DNA of 64,000 nucleotides from Thermodesulfobacteriota bacterium (GTDB lineage Bacteria; Desulfobacterota_D; UBA1144; Nemesobacterales; JAJCZQ01): NCBI GenBank assembly GCA_965215275.1, contig OZ244044.1, positions 477,548 to 541,547 of the forward strand, read 5' to 3'. Shown piece by piece: positions 39,101 to 46,142 of this stretch (position 1 is its first letter; each line of letters starts with the position of its first letter). The notes under the pieces were generated by a model. It saw only the letters and a program-made list of their open reading frames with translations, ran no database searches and was not told where the DNA came from. The position numbers and the translations under genes were made by a program.

Positions 39101-40779
39101 GCAGCTATTGTGATACCGAACGTCAGATCATCCGTATCCCCATCATCATCCGTTACAGTATATGTATAGGTATTCTTACTTGCTGCAGCAGTCGGTGTCC
39201 CGCTTATTACTCGAGTGTTACTGTCAAAATCCAATCCAGTTGGTAACGCAGGGGTTATACTGTAAGTTAATGGAGCATTCCCTCCCGCTGCTACAGGCAG
39301 TGTTACCGGAAGGTTTGTCGTTTTCCCTGCTACGTACTCCTGATCATCTATCGTATCACTGCTAAAGTCCGGTATTGTGTTACCCTTTCTATGACCATAA
39401 ACTTTAATGCTCCACGAGTGTAAAGTCCCGGTATCTAACTCTTCAGTATCATCAATCTTCAAAATCCATTTTCCAGCAGGGTCTTCTCCGAGGTGTTTGG
39501 CTGAACCAAAACGATGGGTTTGATCGGTATAACTAAAATCACCTCTTGAGAGCACTCTTTCGACATCGTCCGTACTTTCACTAAGAACACTGGACTCTTC
39601 TACAAATCGCCTGACCAGCTGCGACACAGTACCGGCAGGGGACGTTACTTGTATATTTAAATCCGGTAAGAAAGTGTGAGAAAAAACGAGTTCAACCTCT
39701 ACAAACTCCACAAATGAAAATTCGTCATTATCGGGTATGGTCAGGTTGGAAGTAACTGTTCCGTCTGCTCCACCTGTGCGATCGGGGATCGCTATATCCC
39801 TATCTGTAGAAGCAATAGCCTGAGTTGCCATTGCTCCTCCAACACGGTTCCAACTTTCAGCAAGTCCTGCTGCCGCCTCAGTATCTACTACGCCAAAACC
39901 GTACTTTGGATTGTAATTATAACTGTCTGTATCAGAACCGTATTTGAGTGCTACTGTCTCCCAGCCAGAGTCGGTCGGGTCGTTCTTACGAGCTGAAGCT
40001 GCCAGTATCAACTTCAAGTCCCTCCAGCTCAGGTCACTGTTTACCTCCCGCATCAGTGCCGCAACCCCTGAAACCTGTGCAGCTGAATATGATGTACCAC
40101 TAACTATAAAAGCATAGCGGTCTTTATTATAGGTCGTTGTAATATTGAAACCTGGAGCACATACCCACAGATTTACTCCTTCTTCCGAAAAAGAACTTTT
40201 AGTTCCATCACCATCTACTGAACAGACGGTAGTTACAGGGTAGTAGTTAGAATATTCATCAAAATTAGCTTGATCGTATTCATGGGCAGCATTTTGAGAT
40301 TGAGAGCCGTATGGTGGAACAGTATCAAACAGGTCGTGCAGATAACGGAACCTGTCATATCCATCTCCAGCTGCCCAGACATAAAATACTCCTTTACCAC
40401 CAAACCCTTCTCTGATACCTGTTTCAACCCCTTCTTCCCACATAGCTGAAACCCCGTGAAGAAGAGGTATATCCTCCGGTCCCCAGTTGTTATTAGAGAC
40501 CGCCGTTACAATGTGATTACGGGTCATTGCATCTTTCGCGTTAGCATCACTGAAATTACCTGCCAAATTATAACTATAGATGCTCGCCTGTGGTGCTACA
40601 CCTCTCACACCAAGCTGGTTATCACCCACTCCTGCTATAATGCCTGCTACTTGTGTACCATGAGAACTTGAAGGATTGAATACATTACTGTTTCCAGAGT
40701 AATCATGATTCAGGCTGGAATTTACATTGGCGGCAAGATCCTCATGCGAGGAGTCCATACCATCACCAACCACCGCCAC
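36142..40779 (-). CDS. Giant surface protein, 3' part: S8 (kexin-like) domain, P-domain, 11 Ig-like (He_PIG/CADG-type) repeats, GGGGC-TM-RRKRRS C-terminal anchor; separated from its 5' part by a G13 frameshift
   Basis: 1545-aa ORF beginning at an internal GTG. VSVAVVGDGMDSSHEDLAANVN aligns to mid-protein VNVAVVD[NS]GMDP.HEDL.ANVN of the paralogues. HGTQVAG, SGTSYSAAQVSG; P-domain ...GEDPAGKWILKIDDTEELDTGTLHSWSIKVYGH. Confidence 0.9.
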   Translation of the reverse strand: MAVVGDGMDSSHEDLAANVNSSLNHDYSGNSNVFNPSSSHGTQVAGIIAGVGDNQLGVRGVAPQASIYSYNLAGNFSDANAKDAMTRNHIVTAVSNNNWGPEDIPLLHGVSAMWEEGVETGIREGFGGKGVFYVWAAGDGYDRFRYLHDLFDTVPPYGSQSQNAAHEYDQANFDEYSNYYPVTTVCSVDGDGTKSSFSEEGVNLWVCAPGFNITTTYNKDRYAFIVSGTSYSAAQVSGVAALMREVNSDLSWRDLKLILAASARKNDPTDSGWETVALKYGSDTDSYNYNPKYGFGVVDTEAAAGLAESWNRVGGAMATQAIASTDRDIAIPDRTGGADGTVTSNLTIPDNDEFSFVEFVEVELVFSHTFLPDLNIQVTSPAGTVSQLVRRFVEESSVLSESTDDVERVLSRGDFSYTDQTHRFGSAKHLGEDPAGKWILKIDDTEELDTGTLHSWSIKVYGHRKGNTIPDFSSDTIDDQEYVAGKTTNLPVTLPVAAGGNAPLTYSITPALPTGLDFDSNTRVISGTPTAAASKNTYTYTVTDDDGDTDDLTFGITIAANEVPSFSDTIDDQEYIAGTATNLPVTLPEAAGGNAPLTYSITPALPTGLDFDSNTRVISGTPAAAASRTAYTYTVTDEDGDTDDLTFGITISADVEPGFSDTIADQEYVAGTATNLPVTLPEAAGGNAPLTYSITPALPTGLDFTPATRAISGTPTTAASKNTYTYTVEDIDGDTTDLTFGITIAADVEPGFSDTIADQEYVAGTATNLPVTLPVAAGGNAPLTYSITPALPTGLDFDSNTRVISGTPTAAASKNTYTYTVEDIDGDTTDLTFGITVAANEEPGFSDTIDDQEYVAGTATNLPVTLPEAAGGNAPLTYSITPALPTGLDFDSNTRVISGTPAAAASRTVYTYTVTDEDGDTDDLTFGITISADVEPGFSDTIGDQEYVAGKTINLPVTLPAATGGNAPLTYSITPALPTGLDFDSNTRVISGTPAAAASRTAYTYTVTDEDGDTDDLTFGITVAANEEPGFSDTIADQEYIAGTGTNLPVTLPAATGGNAPLTYSITPGLPAGLDFTPATRVISGTPTTAASRTAYTYTVTDEDGDTDDLTFGITVAANEEPSFSDTIADQEYIAGTGTNLPVTLPVAAGGNAPLTYSITPALPTGLDFDINTRVISGTPATAASRTAYTYTVTDDDGDTADLTFGITISADVEPGFSDTIADQEYVAGKMTNLPVTLPAATGGNAPLTYSITPRLPAGLDFNASAREISGTPTTAASRTVYTYTVTDEDGDTTDLTFGITVAANEEPGFSDTIDDQEYITGTAVTETLPEAAGGNGVLRYSITPGLPTGLNFDNNTRVISGTPVTAASRTVYTYTVTDEDGDMAELTFGITVGSDVPTFGSATVTNRNYVVGTAVTVTLPEAAGGNGTLRYSLTPALPTGLDFNASTRVISGTPTSVSSSDTYTYTVTDEDGDMAELSFTIRVVNRPAPPRPGPTPDTEAGGGGGCAISDQNDVVSGLFGVIACLMLIPVSVLIRRKRRSYINL
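36326..39372 (-). repeat. Tandem coding repeat array, 11 units of about 279 bp (about 93 aa each)
   Basis: There are 11 occurrences of ...LP.A.GGNAPLTYSITP.LP.GLDF....R.ISGTP..AAS...YTYTV.D.DGDT.DLTFGIT... The antisense shadow ORFs at 37767, 38046, 38883 and 39162 are spaced by multiples of 279. Confidence 0.92.
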
Positions 40780-41390
40780 GCTAACCCCCCCCCCCCCGAG
40801 ATTTCATTATTCCAGACTCCCTCCACATTTATATCCTCTCCGGCGGTTATTGCCTGCCCGTCAAAACTCAGCTGCCCTGTATTTTTCAGATGCCACTGAC
40901 ACCCGTATAAGGGATCATCGGTAAAATTGGTAGTAATGCCTCTGCAATCAGATAGCAAAGTATTATAATCAGTATCTGTTGCAACTGTAAGCTGGTAACT
41001 ATCAGCGCCGCTGCTTCCCACAACTATATAGTACGTTCCAGGCCTTAGGCGAGCTGGGATATTGTCAGTACTGCTTGCTATAAGATCATCATTGCTGTCA
41101 CAAAGCTGTAAACTGTAATCTAAATTATCATTGGTGAAGGTTGTCTCTATATTTACATTAACGTCAGATGCCGGGTCTATCTGAAAATATTCCAGTCCAC
41201 CGGCACTTTCAAAACTTCCATCGTGTGCCGCTGCGTCCACTGTCAACGTGGCTTCAACCGTTGCACTGGAGTTACAATTATTATCACTGGTCTGACCATA
41301 TGCACCTATGGACATAAAACATAGAAAAGAAAATAACAGTAAAACTACTGATATGATATTCCTTAAGGTAATCTTCTTACAGTTGTTCAT
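40722..41390 (-). CDS. Giant surface protein, 5' part: signal peptide plus PPC-like N-domain plus start of S8 domain, terminated prematurely after the G13 tract
   Basis: 222-aa ORF. It is about 90% identical by eye to the N-terminus of 42281..44371 up to ...VEGVWNNEISGGGG, then out-of-frame residues (LAWRWLVMVW...). Confidence 0.9.
   Translation of the reverse strand: MNNCKKITLRNIISVVLLLFSFLCFMSIGAYGQTSDNNCNSSATVEATLTVDAAAHDGSFESAGGLEYFQIDPASDVNVNIETTFTNDNLDYSLQLCDSNDDLIASSTDNIPARLRPGTYYIVVGSSGADSYQLTVATDTDYNTLLSDCRGITTNFTDDPLYGCQWHLKNTGQLSFDGQAITAGEDINVEGVWNNEISGGGGLAWRWLVMVWTPRMRILPPM
40785..40797 (-). repeat. Homopolymer G13 on the coding strand (C13 on +) at the frameshift point
   Basis: Counted directly (ctaacccccc cccccccgag). 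The coding strand reads ATC TCG GGG GGG GGG GGG TTA..., and the downstream frame GTT AGC GTG GCG... needs 11 or 14 G. Confidence 0.95.
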
Positions 41391-41393
41391 GCT

Positions 41394-41413
41394 CCCCCCC
41401 CCCCTTTTTTTTT
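41394..41413 (-). repeat. Back-to-back homopolymers A9 G11 on the coding strand, forming almost the whole intergenic spacer before the giant gene
   Basis: The coding strand reads ...ACC AAA TAA AAAAAAA GGGGGGGGGGG AGC ATG. C11 lies at 41394..41404 and T9 at 41405..41413 on the + strand. Confidence 0.95.
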
Positions 41414-42047
41414 ATTTGGTTACAACTTCCTGCCACCAGTTAGGGCTGGATAAAATCACTCCCTCCTTCCCTGATAATTCGTTCGCAAGATGCAGAGATG
41501 CAAATCCTGCTCCGGTATTTATGAAAAACGCATTCCTGGTAAAGTCCATCCTCGATACTCCATCCATGGATATTCCGTTATCTGCAAAAAAAACTTCCAT
41601 CTCCTCTCGGCTTAATTCAGGTGCAAAAACAAGCACAACCCCTCCAGGCAGCGTCATTAACTGTCCTGACTGTCCCCGAAACACTGGTTGAGTATCCTCA
41701 CCGTTATTAACCTGCTTCCTGACTATGCTCATCTGTCCACTCTTGGTAATTACTTCATCCTCTGGCCTGTTCACACTGCTCTTCTGTACCGCTAATCCCG
41801 GCTGTACACGAACTCTTCTGGTTATATCCCCATCCTGCCATATATAAACGGTGCCTTTTTCAGAAGCTACCGAACCTCTGTCTGTTTTCAGCATATCCTT
41901 GTTATAAATCCTAGGCTCCGCTGAATAAGAACTGTCCAACACATACACAACGCTCATTGACAATATCGATGCAGTAACTATGAATCCTGAAAAAAACTTG
42001 TAATAGAGATCAGTTAATAAGTTGAATTTTTTCATTAGAGTGATCAC
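41412..42047 (-). CDS. Membrane-anchored (N-terminal TM) hypothetical protein; C-terminal about 70 aa resembles a subtilase I9-type propeptide
   Basis: 211 aa; hydrophobic FSGFIVTASILSMSVVYVL; C-terminal GVVLVFAPELSREEMEVFFADNGISMDGVSRMDFTRNAFFINTGAGFASLHLANELSGKEGVILSSPNWW. It is sandwiched co-directionally between two protease genes. Confidence 0.75.
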   Translation of the reverse strand: MITLMKKFNLLTDLYYKFFSGFIVTASILSMSVVYVLDSSYSAEPRIYNKDMLKTDRGSVASEKGTVYIWQDGDITRRVRVQPGLAVQKSSVNRPEDEVITKSGQMSIVRKQVNNGEDTQPVFRGQSGQLMTLPGGVVLVFAPELSREEMEVFFADNGISMDGVSRMDFTRNAFFINTGAGFASLHLANELSGKEGVILSSPNWWQEVVTK

Positions 42048-42280
42048 CTTTTAAGATTTTATTCTGTTAATGTAATTTATGGTATAGATTTTATCAAACT
42101 TTAACTCTTTATCATTCTATGAAGTTTTGCATTAATCTTGTTAGCTTTACAGTCAATGAGTGTGTATATCTTTTCCTACCCGTGCAAGGTAAAGGTTATT
42201 TTTTCCATCAGATGTTGACAGGCGTGTGACTTGAAGATCTGGCTCTCTCAACACCTCAGGGATTAGGCAGAACCGCATTA

Positions 42281-44371
42281 CTACATCTTTATATAAGATC
42301 TTCTCTTCCTTCTGATCACTACTGATACAGGTATCAGCATCAGACATGTCATTACTCCGAACAGACCAGAAACAACGTCGTTTTGATCGGAAACTGAACA
42401 TCCTCCACCACCTCCAGTATCAGGATCTGGTGTTGGGTTTGGTCCTGTACTACCCCTCCTGTGCCCATAAACTTTAATGCTCCATGAGTGTAAAGTCCCG
42501 GTATCTAACTCTTCAGTATCATCTATTTTCAAAATCCATTCTCCAGCAGGATCTTCTCCGAGGTGTTTGGCTGAACCAAAACGATGAGTGCGGAAGTTGT
42601 AACGAAAGTCTGTACTAGTGAATGAAGGGTTAGTTCTAATAAGTGATAAAGCATCGTCTACATATTCCTCAGTAAGTTCCGACACAGTACCGTCAGGGGA
42701 GTTTATCTGTATATTCAGATCTGGAAAGAACTCGTGAGAGAAATTGAGATTGATCTCTACGAATTCTGTAAAAAGATCAGTATCGGGTATGTTCAGTCTG
42801 GAAGTAATTGTTCCGGCTACGTCACCTACAGCGTCGGGGATCGCTGTATTAATATTACCCGAGGAAGCAGGCAGGGTTCTCATCTGTGGAACAGTGGTCC
42901 AGCTTCTGGCAAGTTCTACCGCTGCCTCAGCATCCACCACGCCAAAACCGTACTTTGGATTGTAATTATACCTGTCTGTATCAGGACCGTATTTAACTGC
43001 TACTTCTTCCCAGTCCAAGTCGGTCTGGTCGGTCTTGCGGGCTGAAGCTGCCAAGATCAACTTCAGGTCACGCCAGCTCAGATCACTGTTTACCTCACGC
43101 ATCAGTGCGGCAACCCCTGAAACGACCGGAGCAGAGAACGACGTTCCGCTGCCTCCAAAATCATAGCGGTCCTTATTACCGGTCGTCGTAATAAACGAAC
43201 CCGGAGCACATACCCACAGATTTACTCCCTCTTCTGAAAAAGAACTCGACGTACCAGAACCATTTACCGAACAGACGGAAGTTACAGCGTAGTAGTTAGA
43301 ATATTCTTCAAAATTAGCCTGGTCGAACTGAGCATATCCATTGCCAGCTGCCCAGCTGTAAAAAACCCCTTTACCACCAAACCCTTCCCTGATACCCCTT
43401 TCCACTGCCATTTCCCAAGCGCTATCAGCAGAGTGAAGAACAGCAGTATCCGGTGCTCCCCAGCTGTTGTTGGATACCGCAGTTGTAGTTCGGTTACGGG
43501 TCATAGCGTCTACCCTGTTAAGAGAAATAAAATTACCCCCTCCTATCAAGTTATAATGATAGATACTTGCCTGAGGTGCCACTCCTCTTATGCCAGTTCC
43601 ATTATCACCCACTGCTGCTAAAATGCCCGCTACATTTGTACCATGAGCATCTGAAGGGTTGAATACATTTCTGTTTCCAGAGTAATCATGGTTCAGGCTG
43701 GGATTTACATTGGCAGCCAGGTCTTCATGATCGGGGTCCATACCATTATCTACCACAGCCACGTTAACTCCATTTCCAAATACTGCATCATTCCAGATCC
43801 CCTCTATGTTTATATCTTCTCCGGCGGCTATTGCCTGCCCGTTGAACTCCAACTGCCCCGTATTTTTCAGATGCCACTGACACCCGTATAAGGGATCATT
43901 GGTAAAATTGGTAGTAATGCCTCTGCAATCAGATAGCAAAGTATTATAATCAGTATCTGTTGCAACTGTAAGCCGGTAACTATCAGCACCGCTGCTTCTC
44001 ACAACGATATAGTACGTTCCGGGTCTGAGGCGGGTTTGTATAGTGGCCATACCGGACATAGTCACTTCAGTAGTACTTGCTATCAGATCATCATTGCTGT
44101 CACAAAGCTGTAAACTGTATTCTCGATTATTATTGGTGAAGGTTGTCTCTATTTTTACATTGACGTCGGATGCCGGGGCTATCCGAAAATATTCCAGTCC
44201 ACCGGCACTTCCAAAACTTCCATTGTGTGCTGCTCCGTCCACTGTCAACGTGGCTTCAATCGCTTCACTGGAGTCGCAATTATTAACACTGGTCTGACCA
44301 TATGCACCTATGGACATAAAACACATAGAAGCAAATACAAAGCACAGCAGATAAAATGATGGAACTTGCAT
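42281..44371 (-). CDS. Secreted kexin-like S8 serine protease with PPC-like N-domain, P-domain and GGGGC-TM-RRKRRS anchor (no stalk repeats)
   Basis: 696 aa; VAVVDNGMD / DAHGTNVAG / SGTSFSAPVVSG catalytic triad motifs; P-domain ...GEDPAGEWILKIDDTEELDTGTLHSWSIKVYGH; C-terminus GGGGGCSVSDQNDVVSGLFGVMTCLMLIPVSVVIRRKRRSYIKM. Confidence 0.92.
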   Translation of the reverse strand: MQVPSFYLLCFVFASMCFMSIGAYGQTSVNNCDSSEAIEATLTVDGAAHNGSFGSAGGLEYFRIAPASDVNVKIETTFTNNNREYSLQLCDSNDDLIASTTEVTMSGMATIQTRLRPGTYYIVVRSSGADSYRLTVATDTDYNTLLSDCRGITTNFTNDPLYGCQWHLKNTGQLEFNGQAIAAGEDINIEGIWNDAVFGNGVNVAVVDNGMDPDHEDLAANVNPSLNHDYSGNRNVFNPSDAHGTNVAGILAAVGDNGTGIRGVAPQASIYHYNLIGGGNFISLNRVDAMTRNRTTTAVSNNSWGAPDTAVLHSADSAWEMAVERGIREGFGGKGVFYSWAAGNGYAQFDQANFEEYSNYYAVTSVCSVNGSGTSSSFSEEGVNLWVCAPGSFITTTGNKDRYDFGGSGTSFSAPVVSGVAALMREVNSDLSWRDLKLILAASARKTDQTDLDWEEVAVKYGPDTDRYNYNPKYGFGVVDAEAAVELARSWTTVPQMRTLPASSGNINTAIPDAVGDVAGTITSRLNIPDTDLFTEFVEINLNFSHEFFPDLNIQINSPDGTVSELTEEYVDDALSLIRTNPSFTSTDFRYNFRTHRFGSAKHLGEDPAGEWILKIDDTEELDTGTLHSWSIKVYGHRRGSTGPNPTPDPDTGGGGGCSVSDQNDVVSGLFGVMTCLMLIPVSVVIRRKRRSYIKM

Positions 44372-44785
44372 ATTTATAATTTCTCTTCGTAATTACTCAT
44401 ATTCACATTACTTGATCACAACCTTACGCCATCAGTTGTGATTTGATAATATAACACTACTTTAAAAAAAGAATTCTGGTCTTTTTAGTTTTTGAGGATA
44501 TTTCTATTTTTCGTGATCCTGACAAGGTCATTTCACTTGGTTTTAACAAGCTGCTTATCCTCAATCTTCTCAGCATCAAATGCAATACAAACTAAATGAA
44601 GGTTTTCTATCTACATAGATTCTTTAAAGTGTAAAACCCTGTATTTTCGTTTGATCGAACGTTAAATCAATATCTGAATAGACTGCAGTTATTTTAACAG
44701 GCCAGATTATACAAACAACCCCAATTTACAGCGTATTTGTTGTTCTTTTGTCTGAATTACTTTGAACAAATGTAATTCCCAAGCG

Positions 44786-44879
44786 TTATATTGGATGGGA
44801 AAGCTTGTGCTCCCGATGCATCCTAAAAAACCAGAAGGGAACGGGAATGAGAGAAGTATCCTGTACTCATAACAGTATG
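44786..44879 (+). repeat. About 100-nt conserved intergenic element, copy 2 (copy 1 at 17155..17255)
   Basis: See copy 1. It lies in the 616-nt AT-rich spacer between protease gene A (-) and the FemAB-like gene (+). Confidence 0.6.
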
Positions 44880-44986
44880 ATTTTTATTAAAGTATATAAA
44901 TCCGTAAAATAAACATGTAATTTCGCTGATCAAGGTCAAAAATACTATGTAAAGTTATCCTGTTTAAGTTTAAAAACTACTGTACG

Positions 44987-46135
44987 ATGAAAATCAAAAT
45001 CACAGGGTCCATTACAGAGGTTGATAAAGACGCCTATAACGCTATTCAGGATAAAACCCATCCTTTCCTTGATCATGATTTCCTGATGAGCCTGGAAAAA
45101 TCCGGCTGTATAGGCAAGCTAACGAGCTGGGACCCAAGGTACATCCTCCTCTTTGACGACCAAAAACTGATAGCCTCTCTTGCCTTTTTTATAAAAACGG
45201 ATTCTCATGGAGAGTTTATCTTTGACTGGGAATGGGCAAGGGCTTACGAAAACGCAGGACTGACCTACTACCCAAAAGGAGTTGTAGGGGTCCCGTTCAC
45301 TCCGACAACGGGAAAAAGGATCAATGTTCATCCAGAATACGATCACAGAACGTGTTCCCGACTTCTAATTGACGCCATGGTCACATTATCAAAAGAACTT
45401 TCCCTTTCATCCATCCACTGCCTGTTCATAGACGGGCAAGAGCGGGAGATATTAGCTGAAGCCGGCTTTCTTGACAGGACCACGCACCAGTATCACTGGG
45501 AGAACAGAAACTATGCAAATTTTGATAATTTTCTTGAAGATCTCAGATCCTCTAAGAGAAAGCAGATAAAAAAGGAAAGAAAGCCCTTTTACAACTCCAA
45601 AGTGAAGATACACGTGCTCGGAGGAGACAGTATAAACAAAGAACACATTGACGCTATGTGGCAGTTCTACAACGATACAAATATGAGAAAGTGGGGAAAT
45701 GCTTACTTAAATTATGAATTTTTTGACTTAATTCACGAACATTTCTCTGATAAGATCCTGATGGTGATGGCAAAGAACGAAGAAACATGGCTTGGCGGTT
45801 CAATAAATTTTCTGACAACCTCCAAACTTTTCGGCAGATACTGGGGAACTGTAACGAACATAAGCAATTTACATTTTGAGTGTTGTTATTATAGTTTAAT
45901 TGAATATGCGATACAGAATAAGATCAAATGGTTTGAAGCAGGCGCACAGGGAGAACATAAATTCCTGCGGGGATTCAAGGCAGTGCCGGTATACAGTTCT
46001 CATCTCATCTTCAACCCGTCTGCAAGGGATTTCGTAAAAAAATATCTGATGCACGAAAGAAACTATTTTCTGGAACTTATAAAAAAGTATAATAAAAGGT
46101 CGCCGTTAAAATACTTAAACGGCAGTCAGGTATAA
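44987..46135 (+). CDS. FemAB-like/GNAT-fold protein of the DUF482 family
   Basis: 382 aa; N-terminal ...HPFLDHDFLMSLEKSGC...W.PRYILL... and GEFIFDWEWA match my recollection of DUF482. Confidence 0.7.
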   Translation: MKIKITGSITEVDKDAYNAIQDKTHPFLDHDFLMSLEKSGCIGKLTSWDPRYILLFDDQKLIASLAFFIKTDSHGEFIFDWEWARAYENAGLTYYPKGVVGVPFTPTTGKRINVHPEYDHRTCSRLLIDAMVTLSKELSLSSIHCLFIDGQEREILAEAGFLDRTTHQYHWENRNYANFDNFLEDLRSSKRKQIKKERKPFYNSKVKIHVLGGDSINKEHIDAMWQFYNDTNMRKWGNAYLNYEFFDLIHEHFSDKILMVMAKNEETWLGGSINFLTTSKLFGRYWGTVTNISNLHFECCYYSLIEYAIQNKIKWFEAGAQGEHKFLRGFKAVPVYSSHLIFNPSARDFVKKYLMHERNYFLELIKKYNKRSPLKYLNGSQV

Positions 46136-46142
46136 TACAGTT

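Noticed and set aside
37767-39365. Four + strand ORFs of 66-67 aa (MYKPSCSLQQP... and similar) at 37767, 38046, 38883 and 39162
   Set aside because: They are periodic antisense shadows of the 279-bp coding repeats of the giant minus-strand gene. They have identical spacing, no RBS and low-complexity sequence.
36326-39372. Regular 279-bp periodicity that could superficially suggest a CRISPR-like or satellite array
   Set aside because: The units are contiguous with no spacers. They lie in one continuous minus-strand reading frame and encode an Ig-like protein repeat.
42153-42401. 82-aa minus-strand ORF overlapping the 3' end of protease gene A
   Set aside because: It is out of frame within the conserved anchor-coding region and the spacer. 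It has no RBS and no homology to anything else in the window.
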